In this document: piece after piece, positions 19,126 to 28,816 of the stretch
How positions within the stretch are numbered: the stretch's first letter is position 1
How the letters are laid out: each line of letters starts with the position of its first letter
Origin: Roseibacillus sp.
Lineage (GTDB): Bacteria > Verrucomicrobiota > Verrucomicrobiia > Verrucomicrobiales > Akkermansiaceae
Assembly: GCA_965242925.1 (NCBI GenBank)
Contig: CBDEUM010000038.1
Span: 1 to 64,000, forward strand
DNA: 64,000 nt
Direction of reading: 5' to 3'
Notes under the pieces: generated by a model
The model's input: only the letters and a program-made list of their open reading frames with translations
Told to the model about the DNA's origin: nothing
The model's database searches: none
Program-made: the position numbers and the translations under genes

Positions 19126-21747
19126 ATGCAAATAGCGAAGCACTTAACCAATCGCACGGCTCGCGTACTCACCCTGTCCCTCGGCCTTCTCACCCTCGCG
19201 CCAACTGTCGTCTTCTCCCAAAGCGACCTGGCCAAGCGAGAGATGATGCGTCGAGCAGAGAAAGTTCGACAGGCGGAAGACCTTCTTGAATCGGGCCGCG
19301 CGGCCTACCAGAAGGGAGACTACGAAACCGCCGTTACGAGTTATAACGAAGCGCTGGGCATCCTTCCGGGAGGGTTCGCCACAGCGGAACGTCGCCGTGC
19401 TCTGGAAGCTCACCTTGCCGACGCCACCGTGGCACTTTCTCAGCAGTTCCGTCGCACGGGCAAGTATGCGGAAGCGCGGGAGAAACTGAATCAGGTTCTT
19501 TCCATCGATCCCAACAACCAGCGGGCTCGCCAGGAGATTGAATACCTTGATGATCCCATCCGGACCAACCCGGCTCTCACCTATGACCACACCACCAACG
19601 TGGATAAGGTACGACGCTTTCTCTATACTGCGGAAGGATTCAAGAATCTCGGCCTCTACGATGATGCCATCCGCGAGTATCAGAAGATATTGCAGGTCGA
19701 CCCCTACAACTCTGCCGCGCGACGGGGGATGGAGGGTATTCACCAACTGAAGTCCGATCACTACCGTTCCGCATATGACGAAGCGCGTGCACGCATGCTG
19801 GCTGAAGTAGACGCGGCCTGGGAGATGGCCGTGCCCCCGCCGGTTGAACTTGACGGCAGTATCGTCGGTGGTCTGCGTCCCTCGGCTGTCGGCGTGAACA
19901 TCGAGTTCAAGCTCAAGAACATGCTGATCCCGGTGGTCGACTTCGACGATACCACCGTGGAGGAGGCGATCGATTTCCTCCGTCAGCGGGCTCAGGAACT
20001 CGACAAGTGGGAACTCGACCCGATCAAGAAGGGGATCAACTTCGTGATCCGCAAGCCGCGTATCGGCGGGGGAGCGCCTGATGCCGAACTTGACGTGGAA
20101 GGCGGTCTCGGTGCCATTGATCCGGGTTCGGCCCGGGTGAAGGAGCTCAAGCTGCGGAACGTTCCGCTCGCCAATGTGCTCCAGTATATCTGTGAGCAGG
20201 CCCGCCTGCGCTACAAGGTTGACGATTTTGCGGTGACTCTCCTGCCCATTGGTTCGGCGGAGGGTGAGGATGTCCTCACCCGCAAGTGGAAAGTGCCACC
20301 CACTTTCCTCAATGACATTGGGACGGGTGCTGGCGACGGTGACGGCGGTGCTGAAGTAGATCCTTTCGCTGGAGATGACGGCGGTCTCGGTAATCGCTCG
20401 CTTGCGCCGCGTCGGCCCCTCATGGAGATCCTCAAGGAGTCCGGCATCGACTTCCCGCCCGGATCCTCTGCCCAGTATATCCCGAGCACCTCTACCCTCA
20501 TAGTAAGTAATACTCCACAGAACCTCGACCTCGTGGATCAGCTGGTGGAGGACATTCTCGGCGGCACGCCCAAGATGATCAGGATCACCACCAAGTTCGT
20601 GGAGGTTTCCCAGGAAAACTCCGACGAGCTGAGCTTTGACTGGATCGTGACTCCCTTCGGTCTTGGCGGAGTGATTTCCGAGGAGCTCTTCGTAGGCGGC
20701 GGCACCCAGGGCAACGGTCAGGTCCGCACCGGTTCCGACTTTATCAGTCCGGTGGCCTTTACCAATATTCCGGGTATCCCGGCGGCCAGCAATCAGGCCG
20801 TGAACAATATTGTGACGGCATCGAATCGAAGCGGGGATACCGCGGTGACTCGCAACAACGTTGATGCGATCCTCAACAATCCGAACCGGAGCGCCCAGGT
20901 CAACCGCGCCGCTCCTGGCATCCTGAGTCTCACCGGCCTCTTCAACAGCGGCCAGCTCCAGATGATCATGAGGGGGCTGGCTCAGAAGAAGGGCACTGAT
21001 ATCATGACCGCACCCAGTGTAACGGCCCGTCCGGGACAGAAGGCGACCATCGAGATTATCCGGGAGTTCATTTATCCCACCGAGTATGAGCCGCCGGAAC
21101 TTCCCAACCAGGTTGGAGGCGGCTTTGGTGGTAACAACGGAGGTGGCTTCGGTGGTGGTGGTGGAGGTGGTGGTGCCGGAGGCTTTCCGGTTACCCCGGC
21201 TACTCCCACGGCCTTCGAGACCCGCAACACGGGTGTCACCCTGGAGATCGAGCCCAACCTCGGCCCCAATGAATACGTTATCGATCTGCGCTTTGCCCCG
21301 GAGATCGTTGAGTTCGAAGGCTTCATCAACTACGGCAGCCCGATCACCTCGCCAGCCACGGACGCTTTCGGCAATCCGGTCACCGTGACCATTACCGAGA
21401 ACCGCATCGAGATGCCCGTCTTCTCCAGTCGCCGGGTCAGCACTGGTATCACCATTTACGATGGTCATACCGTGGCCGTCGGTGGTCTGATGCGTGAGGA
21501 TGTGCAGGATGTGGAGGACGGTATTCCCGTGCTTAGCGACATTCCGCTTATCGGCCGTCTCTTCCAGAGCGCCGCCCAGAGCCACATCAAGAGCAACCTG
21601 ATCATTTTTGTGACCGCCAACATCATTGATGCTGCTGGTAAGAACTACCGCAAGCCCAACGAGGTGGATCCCAGTGGGAACAATCCGGTTGATCCGATCA
21701 GCACCGACCTCGGCGGCGGTGGTGACGGGGTGCTTCCGCCGCTTTAG
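19126..21747 (+). CDS. Amuc_1098-like secretin (PilQ/GspD family) with N-terminal TPRs
   Basis: Signal peptide, TPR helices, LIVSNTPQNL, KFVEV, APSVTARPGQKATIEIIREFIYPTEY, NTGVTLEIEP, GGLMRE, IPVLSDIPLIGRLF, NLIIFVTA. Confidence 0.92.
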   Translation: MQIAKHLTNRTARVLTLSLGLLTLAPTVVFSQSDLAKREMMRRAEKVRQAEDLLESGRAAYQKGDYETAVTSYNEALGILPGGFATAERRRALEAHLADATVALSQQFRRTGKYAEAREKLNQVLSIDPNNQRARQEIEYLDDPIRTNPALTYDHTTNVDKVRRFLYTAEGFKNLGLYDDAIREYQKILQVDPYNSAARRGMEGIHQLKSDHYRSAYDEARARMLAEVDAAWEMAVPPPVELDGSIVGGLRPSAVGVNIEFKLKNMLIPVVDFDDTTVEEAIDFLRQRAQELDKWELDPIKKGINFVIRKPRIGGGAPDAELDVEGGLGAIDPGSARVKELKLRNVPLANVLQYICEQARLRYKVDDFAVTLLPIGSAEGEDVLTRKWKVPPTFLNDIGTGAGDGDGGAEVDPFAGDDGGLGNRSLAPRRPLMEILKESGIDFPPGSSAQYIPSTSTLIVSNTPQNLDLVDQLVEDILGGTPKMIRITTKFVEVSQENSDELSFDWIVTPFGLGGVISEELFVGGGTQGNGQVRTGSDFISPVAFTNIPGIPAASNQAVNNIVTASNRSGDTAVTRNNVDAILNNPNRSAQVNRAAPGILSLTGLFNSGQLQMIMRGLAQKKGTDIMTAPSVTARPGQKATIEIIREFIYPTEYEPPELPNQVGGGFGGNNGGGFGGGGGGGGAGGFPVTPATPTAFETRNTGVTLEIEPNLGPNEYVIDLRFAPEIVEFEGFINYGSPITSPATDAFGNPVTVTITENRIEMPVFSSRRVSTGITIYDGHTVAVGGLMREDVQDVEDGIPVLSDIPLIGRLFQSAAQSHIKSNLIIFVTANIIDAAGKNYRKPNEVDPSGNNPVDPISTDLGGGGDGVLPPL

Positions 21748-21774
21748 CCCCGAGCCAGGCAAATCGTTTTCAAG

Positions 21775-21806
21775 AGCCCGGCAGTTTCAACTGCCGGGCT
21801 TTTTTT
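21775..21806 (+). terminator. Rho-independent terminator closing the pilus operon
   Basis: AGCCCGGCAGTT-TC-AACTGCCGGGCT followed by a T-run. Confidence 0.9.
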
Positions 21807-21893
21807 CGGGTTCCGGGGAGCGCCCCGCAGTTTCAGATTTCAGGATTCAGAGAGTATGCTGCAATCCTGAGCACAGAGATCGGAAATTCTTCC

Positions 21894-22511
21894 ATGCACT
21901 CCTTTGCGCTGACGGGTGGTGTAGCCACCGGGAAATCCACCTTTGGGCGGATCCTGCAGGAACTTGTTCCTGCAGCAGTCCTGTTTGATTGTGATGCGTC
22001 TGTGAGAGGTCTGCTGACGGATGAGGAACTTGGAGCCGAGATCATTGCTGCCCTTGGCAGGGAGGTGGAGGGCGAGGGGGCGGGGGGCCTGGACCGCTCC
22101 CGGCTGCGTGAGCTGGTTTTCCGCGATCAGGAGGGCCGCAAGGTGCTGGAGAGTATTCTGCATCCCCGGGTGCGGGAGGAATGTCTTGAGTTACATCGTG
22201 AAACTGCTATCAGTCGCCTGTCGCCCTTGTTCGTCGCGGACGTTCCGCTCCTCTTCGAAAGCGGATTCGACTTTGGATACGAGCGAGCTCTTCTGGTCGC
22301 CACCACCCGTGAGACCCAGCTGGTTCGCCTCAAATCCCGCAACGGATACGACGACACCCTTGCGGAGGCCATTCTAGCCGCCCAACTCCCCATCATGGAG
22401 AAGTTGAGGCGTGCGGATGTGGTCTTCTGGAACGAAGGACCGGAGGAGGTTCTGCGTCACCAGGTCTCCCGCTTCCTTTTGACCCTTGCTCTTGATCCCG
22501 ATCCCGACTCG
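21894..22511 (+). CDS. coaE: Dephospho-CoA kinase domain, in frame with Rho with no stop between them
   Basis: ALTGGVATGKST, LDRSRLRELVF, LESILHPRV, DVPLLFE, RNG, QLP, ADVVFWN. Confidence 0.9.
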
Positions 22512-24086
22512 ATGGCTGCCAAGAAGAAAAGCCCCAGGAAAAAGACCGCTGCCAAGAAGGCTGCCGGTAAAACGAAGGGTAGTGCCAGGAAGAAAAGCAC
22601 TCCTCTCAAGTCTGCCAAGAAGACGGTGACGAAGAAGAGTGCCCGGTCTGCGGAAGAAGGGGAGGACGAGGAGCAGCAGGCAAGGGAACTTGAAGTGGTG
22701 GTAGAGAGCGCGGAGGAAGCCGTGGCAGGAGGGATGGAATCCGGGGATGCCGGTGTTTCTCCGCCGCGGGAAGAAAAGAAGTCCGGGGAGGAGGCCATTC
22801 CGGAACCTGAGCCGGAACCTTCCTACGATGTTCCCGAGGGCATCGATGTGAACGAGTTTCGTGAGCATTCGCTCGCCTCTCTCCTGGAGACTGCGGCCGA
22901 GTATCCCATCAAGGTTAACAGCGCGGCCGGGAAGAGCGTGCTGATCTTCGAATTGCTCTCATTCTATGCCAAGCATGGCACAATTCTTGAAGCGGAAGGT
23001 ATCCTGGAGCAGGCCAAGGAGAATTATGCCATGTTGCGCGATCCGAGGCGCAGCTTCCGCACCTCACCCGATGACTTCTACATCGGAGGGAATCTCCTCA
23101 GGCAACACGGACTGCGGGCCGGCCAGCGCATCAGAGTCAAGCTGCGCGCTCCCCGCGACCGCGACAAGTATCTTTCCGCTCTCGAAGTACTCACCGTGGA
23201 GGGAGGGCCGGCGGATGAGTTCAGTGCCCCCAAGCCCTTTGATCAGCTGACTTCGCTTTTTCCGGAAGACCGTTTTGTGCTGGAGCGTCCCTCCGCCATG
23301 GCGGTAAGGCTCATTGATATTGTGGCTCCTATCGGGAAGGGACAACGGGGACTGATTGTGGCGCCTCCCCGGGGTGGCAAGACCATCCTCCTGAAGGAGA
23401 TTGCTAAATCCATCGCAGCCAATCATCCGGAGACCAAGCTCATCGTCCTTCTCCTTGATGAGCGTCCCGAGGAAGTGACGGACTTCGAGGAGGCGGTCGA
23501 TGCCGAAGTCTTCAGCTCCACCTTCGATGAATCTGCCAAGCGTCACGCCCAGGTTTCAGACCTGGTCCTCGAACGCGCCCGGAGGCTGGTCGAACTGGGG
23601 CAGGATGTGGTGATCCTCCTCGACAGCCTGACCCGGCTGGCCCGGGGTTACAACAATTCACAGCGGGGAGGGGGACCCGTCGGCACCGGGGGCCTCAGTC
23701 CCAATGCCCTGCAGAAGTCGCGCAAGTTTTTCGGGGCAGCCCGGAATTTGGAAGAGGGAGGGAGCCTCACGATCGTGGCAACCTGTCTTGTCGAGACCGA
23801 GAGCCGCATGGATGACATCATCTTCGAGGAGCTCAAGGGAACCGGTAACATGGAGATCCTCCTTGATCGCGAACTTGCCGAGAGCCGCATTTACCCGGCC
23901 ATTCATATTCCACAGAGTGGAACTCGCAACGATGACCGGCTTTACCACCCGGACGAGATGGAGAAGGTTATCGAGATCCGCCGGGCCCTCACGACCCTCC
24001 CGATCGGCGAGGCCCTGCAGACCCTGCTCAGGCAACTGGCCAAGAATTCGAGCAACGCAGAACTCCTCATGCGGGGTATGATTTAA
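22512..24086 (+). CDS. rho: Transcription termination factor Rho (divergent, long low-complexity N-terminus); C-terminal part of ORF 21894..24086
   Basis: [76 protein letters not shown]. Confidence 0.92.
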   Translation: MAAKKKSPRKKTAAKKAAGKTKGSARKKSTPLKSAKKTVTKKSARSAEEGEDEEQQARELEVVVESAEEAVAGGMESGDAGVSPPREEKKSGEEAIPEPEPEPSYDVPEGIDVNEFREHSLASLLETAAEYPIKVNSAAGKSVLIFELLSFYAKHGTILEAEGILEQAKENYAMLRDPRRSFRTSPDDFYIGGNLLRQHGLRAGQRIRVKLRAPRDRDKYLSALEVLTVEGGPADEFSAPKPFDQLTSLFPEDRFVLERPSAMAVRLIDIVAPIGKGQRGLIVAPPRGGKTILLKEIAKSIAANHPETKLIVLLLDERPEEVTDFEEAVDAEVFSSTFDESAKRHAQVSDLVLERARRLVELGQDVVILLDSLTRLARGYNNSQRGGGPVGTGGLSPNALQKSRKFFGAARNLEEGGSLTIVATCLVETESRMDDIIFEELKGTGNMEILLDRELAESRIYPAIHIPQSGTRNDDRLYHPDEMEKVIEIRRALTTLPIGEALQTLLRQLAKNSSNAELLMRGMI

Positions 24087-24091
24087 AGTCA

Positions 24092-24115
24092 ATTTTCAGG
24101 CCCATTTTCAGGCCC
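24092..24115. repeat. 12-bp tandem duplication
   Basis: attttcaggccc twice, just after the rho stop. Confidence 0.85.
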
Positions 24116-24237
24116 TTGTGGCCCGGGGCCACGAATGCCGCACGTTTGACACCCCCTGTCACCACATTGCGGCTACAGTGTTTACGAAAATCTGCTTGCA
24201 GAGGGGACGATATGCACCGAAAAAAGAGGCCGTTCCC

Positions 24238-27200
24238 ATGCCTACGAACACACTGAAGTCCCTTTTCGCGGCCGCGCTGCTCTTCGCGCCCGCTCTCTCC
24301 CCGGCCGAGTCGCTCTACTTCCAGAACACGAAGGATTGGCGGCAGATCGGGCCCGAGACGGTGTTCTACCTTGGAGGCGAGACCAACATGTTCTTTGTTG
24401 ATGGCTACTGGGCACTGGAGGGATGCGCCTTCCAGCCCTCCCAGTCTATTGTCGGTCCCAACCTCTTCTGCCCTCTGGGAACTACCGGGTTTATCGCACA
24501 GGGCGATATCGATGGGGATGGAGAGAACGACCAGGGATCATTCTGGTCAATTGGGGAGATAGTGCCGGCGCAAAGTGTGGAACCCTTCCGGTCGGACCTC
24601 TTCAGGCTCCTTTCCGCGCCACCTTCCGGATTCACCCAGATCCTTCGCGGAACGGATGGGGATGTAGCTGCCATCTTTGATGTGTCGGACAGTAGTGTGG
24701 TAGTCTGGTATAACGTGCTGGGGGGCTCTGTGGATGACTACGAGATAACCCAGTATCAGGGATTGCGGTCCTACGGGACTGGCAAGCAGGAACTGGAGCG
24801 GCACTTCTGGGACGTCCCCTGGGGACCTTACAAGTTTGTCCTGCCGGGTCTTGTTCCTAACAATTCTCGAAACGAGCCGGGGGACGTCATCTACGGGGTC
24901 GACCACTTGGTCACTCCCGACGCCTGGCCGGGACGCGGGGCCGTTCCGCAGGGATGGCGGAATATCAACGACGAATACTGGGAGGACGGTGCACTGGAAT
25001 TTGACCCGCGCACGTTCTTTCGTTTCGAGTGGGGTGGACTGACCTCGGCCAACACCATCCAAGGGGATACTCTCCTCTACTCAATGCAGGGCCATCACTA
25101 TGTCAATGGGGATGGGATCGAGGCCACGGCGTATGCGCCAGATAGCATAGCCCGGGGCACGGTCACTGGTCTCTCGTGCTTTAACACCATCACGACGGAC
25201 ATTAATCTGGATAACCTCCTGGAAGAGGGAAAGATTTACGAACTGACCTTCACCAGCGGCCGTCTGACAGGCACGGAAGATGCCGTTCAGTATCCGGTCA
25301 CCAGTTTCGGGGATTCAGGGGATATCTCGGTCCTAAGGGTAGTGAGCCGGGAGGAGGGGTATACCTGGGAGGAGGCAAGGGATGCGGCAGAGTCGGCAGG
25401 CGGGAGGTTGGCCGTTCTCAATACCCAGGAGAAGATTGATTTCGTTAATGAGCAGTTGCTCGGGGCTGGCCTGGACACTGCGGAAGGGGAGTGGCCTTCG
25501 ATGTGGATCGGGCTCAGTGATAGCGAGGAGGAAGGTGTATGGCAGTGGAATACCGGTGAGACCCTTGTCGAGCAGCCCCCCAGTTTCCAAGATATTGGAA
25601 GTGTGGCAGATGCTTTGGCCCCGTTTGAAGTAAACACCTTTGGCTCTACCATCGACACGGAGCTCGGGCTCTATGATGCTGACGGCAACCTCGTTCTGAG
25701 CAACGATGATGTCGGTGAGTTTGGGGACATCTTGCAGAGCCAGCTGGATTTCCCCACAGGCCTAGAGCAGGGCTTCTATTTCCTTGCGGTTGGGACCTTT
25801 GACAGTGGGTTCGACCAGTCTGATTTTGACGTTTTTGCAGGAGGCCCCGGAGGGCCCTACGCACTCACTCACCCCGATGGTGTTGCGACTGGAGAGCTTG
25901 GTGCGGGAGCCGTTGACTGGTATCGGCTGGCGGTTGGAAGCCCTGTCGAGGGCGGGACCTGGGAGGTAGGGTCCCCGACGGTGGATCCTCCGGAAAACGA
26001 TTTCGATTTTGCCCATATTCTGGGAGGCGTGGCCGCTGATGGTTCGGCCCCGGTGTGGTTTGACGAGGAAGGGACGGTTGAACTTGAGGCCATCCTTCTT
26101 GAGATCCCCCTTCTTAACAGCAATGAGATCGTGCTTCCGAGTGCGAATGATTTAACCGGTGGCGTGGTTACCGGGAGCGTCGTTGCCGGCGGAGCGGACG
26201 AATTCACTCTGGAGACCAATCGCAACCTGGGCGATCCAGAGTGTCTGGTAGCGGGACAGACCTACCGCCTTGAGATTACCAGTGGGGCCCTCGCCGGCGA
26301 AGATCGGTTTCCTATTACCTTATGGGACGGATTGACCCTGTCGACCGAAGGTGCTGTCGATGTGACTGGCCAGCCGGAACCCCCGCTCCCCTTCGGGGAA
26401 GAGCTCATCGGCACCACGTTCGTCCTCACCCCCGAGAATGTGAACGCAACATTCACGGTGGGATACGTTGGCAGGCACTTCCTGGAGGCCAGCGATGCTC
26501 TCGGTGATCCCTCTGACTTCTCCCTCCTCGTGCGCGGTGGAGAGTATCGCCTTGAGATTCTCACCGGTGAACTGGCCGGGACCTCGGACAGCATTCGGAA
26601 CTGGGGTTTTCCAACCAACGCCTACCTTGAGACGGAAACGGACTTGCTTGGAAGTCTGGAGTCAGGAGATACCTTCAGAATTAATCTCATTTCACTCCCC
26701 GGGATAACCGTCTCGATGGGAGACCAGTTCGTCATCGGTCAGACCTTCGAGGATTGGGTGCAGGACAAGTATGATGCCGGCGAGATGCTGGCGGTTGACT
26801 TCACTGAATTGGCGTTGTTCTATGAAATCGGCGTGGGCTTTCCGGGCTTTCCGGACAATGAAGTGGAGTTGGCAATGCTGGAGGTTGATCAGGGATTTTT
26901 AGGACCCCTTTACGCTGTGGCACGACCGGATACCATTGTGTTTCCTCCCTATCCGATCCAGACTCCACCGACCGATAGGAAGCAGTTTGTCGTGGGCACC
27001 TTGGACGGTCAGTATGAACTGGGTCCCTTCTTCTTCAATCCGAGCGACTCGGTGGATGCCCACCTGGAAATCAGCCGGAGCAGTTCCAGCAGTGCGGTAA
27101 CGTATGACGTAGGATCCTACGGTCTGGATTTCCGGGTGAGGTTCATTGATACCTATGAAGGTTTTGCGCTTCTCGGGGGTCTGGCAGGAGAAGGTTTTGG

Positions 27201-27600
27201 GGCTGATGCGGGCTTTCCCTTCGGCACGCCCAGCTCCGAACGGGCTACTGATTATGATTTCGACCGGGACGGTGCTTCCAACCTGCTTGAATACGCTCTG
27301 GGGAGCGATGTGGCAAACGCCCAGGACAGGCCGACATTCGAATACGCCCTCGATGAAGTTGCCGGTGGCTGTACTGCTACCTTGACGAAGCGCCCCTTTA
27401 CGGGAACCAGCCTCGAGTATTTCTTCGAATACAGCACGGATCTGCGGACCTGGACGACCATCTTGGAGGATGATCCCATCTTTGAAATCTTGCAGGATGA
27501 TGAGACAACGCTGGAGGTCTCCAATCTGGCGGATTTCCCGGGACAGTTGGCAGCTCCCGCCTGCTTCCTGCGGGTGCGGGTTATAAACCGGGGGTTATAA
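24238..27600 (+). CDS. Large acidic secreted surface protein with C-type lectin, PPC-like domain, repeated beta modules and a Verrucomicrobia-type C-terminal domain
   Basis: Signal peptide; TWEEARDAAESAGGRLA...WIGLSD..EG.WQW; IDTELGLYDADG..V.SNDD; C-terminus DFDRDGASNLLEYALG...EYSTDL..W...FLRVRV. Confidence 0.8.
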   Translation: MPTNTLKSLFAAALLFAPALSPAESLYFQNTKDWRQIGPETVFYLGGETNMFFVDGYWALEGCAFQPSQSIVGPNLFCPLGTTGFIAQGDIDGDGENDQGSFWSIGEIVPAQSVEPFRSDLFRLLSAPPSGFTQILRGTDGDVAAIFDVSDSSVVVWYNVLGGSVDDYEITQYQGLRSYGTGKQELERHFWDVPWGPYKFVLPGLVPNNSRNEPGDVIYGVDHLVTPDAWPGRGAVPQGWRNINDEYWEDGALEFDPRTFFRFEWGGLTSANTIQGDTLLYSMQGHHYVNGDGIEATAYAPDSIARGTVTGLSCFNTITTDINLDNLLEEGKIYELTFTSGRLTGTEDAVQYPVTSFGDSGDISVLRVVSREEGYTWEEARDAAESAGGRLAVLNTQEKIDFVNEQLLGAGLDTAEGEWPSMWIGLSDSEEEGVWQWNTGETLVEQPPSFQDIGSVADALAPFEVNTFGSTIDTELGLYDADGNLVLSNDDVGEFGDILQSQLDFPTGLEQGFYFLAVGTFDSGFDQSDFDVFAGGPGGPYALTHPDGVATGELGAGAVDWYRLAVGSPVEGGTWEVGSPTVDPPENDFDFAHILGGVAADGSAPVWFDEEGTVELEAILLEIPLLNSNEIVLPSANDLTGGVVTGSVVAGGADEFTLETNRNLGDPECLVAGQTYRLEITSGALAGEDRFPITLWDGLTLSTEGAVDVTGQPEPPLPFGEELIGTTFVLTPENVNATFTVGYVGRHFLEASDALGDPSDFSLLVRGGEYRLEILTGELAGTSDSIRNWGFPTNAYLETETDLLGSLESGDTFRINLISLPGITVSMGDQFVIGQTFEDWVQDKYDAGEMLAVDFTELALFYEIGVGFPGFPDNEVELAMLEVDQGFLGPLYAVARPDTIVFPPYPIQTPPTDRKQFVVGTLDGQYELGPFFFNPSDSVDAHLEISRSSSSSAVTYDVGSYGLDFRVRFIDTYEGFALLGGLAGEGFGADAGFPFGTPSSERATDYDFDRDGASNLLEYALGSDVANAQDRPTFEYALDEVAGGCTATLTKRPFTGTSLEYFFEYSTDLRTWTTILEDDPIFEILQDDETTLEVSNLADFPGQLAAPACFLRVRVINRGL

Positions 27601-27605
27601 ACCGG
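27578..27605. repeat. 14-bp tandem duplication spanning the stop codon
   Basis: gggttataaaccgg twice. Confidence 0.9.
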
Positions 27606-27749
27606 TAGAGGCACCTGCCAGTTCTCAGACACTCTAAACTGGCACGGCCTGCGGGTCGTGCCAGTCTGTTTTGGAAACAGGGCTTTGCTGGCGGTGACCT
27701 TCGTGTTGAAATACAGCGTGTCCGGGAGATCCCGAACAACTGCCGCGGA

Positions 27750-28802
27750 ATGATTACCACCAGCGCCGAACTCTCTGGACTGGTGGATAACCTGCCGTCC
27801 AACGGTGCTCCCTTCGCGGGGATCGATCTGGAGGCGGATAATCTCCATCGTTATGCGGAACAGTTGTGCCTGATTCAAATCTCCACCGGGGAGGAGGTGA
27901 TCCTCGTTGATCCCCTTGAGGTGGACGATCTCGGCCCACTGCGAGATTATCTGGCGACCAACAGCATCTGGATGCACGGGGCGGATTTCGACATGATGCT
28001 GCTGCGCCGGGAGTTCGGAATGCTGCCGAGGATGATCTATGACACCCAGATTGCCGCCCGCCTTCTGGGTATTCTCCGGTTCAGCTATGCCAACCTTGTG
28101 GAGCAGTTCTTTGACGTCAAGCTCTGCAAGTCTTCCCAGAAGGAGAACTGGGGCCAGCGGCCGCTGCCTGCGAAGATGAGTGAATACGCCAGCAACGATG
28201 TGCGCTATCTTCTGCCCCTGGCGGACAAACTGAAAGATGATCTGCGGACACGAGGACGCTTCGACTGGTTCGTAGAGAGTTGCCGGTCCGCCATGGATCG
28301 GGTCATGGAGCGCGACATGGAACGTGAGGATCCCTGGCGTATTCGCGGTGCGGGCAAACTTGACACCCAGGCCTTGTGCCTGCTCCGGGCGGTCTGGAAC
28401 TGGCGCGATGGGGAGGCACGGGAGTGGGATCGCCCTCCCTTCATGGTGGTGCGAAATCAGCAGTTGATCCTGTGGGCGGAGTCACTGGCGCGGGGGGAAA
28501 AGCTGGAAACGCCGCGAAATGTGAAGGGTGGTCGCGCCAGGCGCCTGAAGGAGGCCATCGAGGAGGCCCGCCAGATTCCCCGGTCGGAGTGGCCGGAACG
28601 CCAGAGGGGAACCGGGCGGCGCTGGGACAGGGGCCAGGAGAAGCGGTATGAGGTTTTGGCCAGGAAGCGAGACAGGGCCGCCGAGTCCCTGGAAATCGAG
28701 TCGTCGGTGATCGCTCCACGGGCCGCTCTTGAGCAAATCGCCCTGGAAGATGATCCTGCCAAACACCTTCTGAATTGGCAAAGGGCTCTTCTGGAGTTGT
28801 AG
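27750..28802 (+). CDS. rnd: Ribonuclease D (3'-5' exonuclease plus HRDC)
   Basis: IDLEAD, LCLIQI, HGADFD, YDTQIAA, WGQRPL, YASNDVRYL, WRDGEAREWDRPPF. Confidence 0.9.
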   Translation: MITTSAELSGLVDNLPSNGAPFAGIDLEADNLHRYAEQLCLIQISTGEEVILVDPLEVDDLGPLRDYLATNSIWMHGADFDMMLLRREFGMLPRMIYDTQIAARLLGILRFSYANLVEQFFDVKLCKSSQKENWGQRPLPAKMSEYASNDVRYLLPLADKLKDDLRTRGRFDWFVESCRSAMDRVMERDMEREDPWRIRGAGKLDTQALCLLRAVWNWRDGEAREWDRPPFMVVRNQQLILWAESLARGEKLETPRNVKGGRARRLKEAIEEARQIPRSEWPERQRGTGRRWDRGQEKRYEVLARKRDRAAESLEIESSVIAPRAALEQIALEDDPAKHLLNWQRALLEL

Positions 28803-28816
28803 TCTGGTTCAGACAG

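Noticed and set aside
19144..21762. 872-aa antisense ORF spanning the secretin gene
   Set aside because: In-register mirror of a strongly codon-biased gene, where TTA/CTA/TCA codons are avoided. It has no recognisable motifs.
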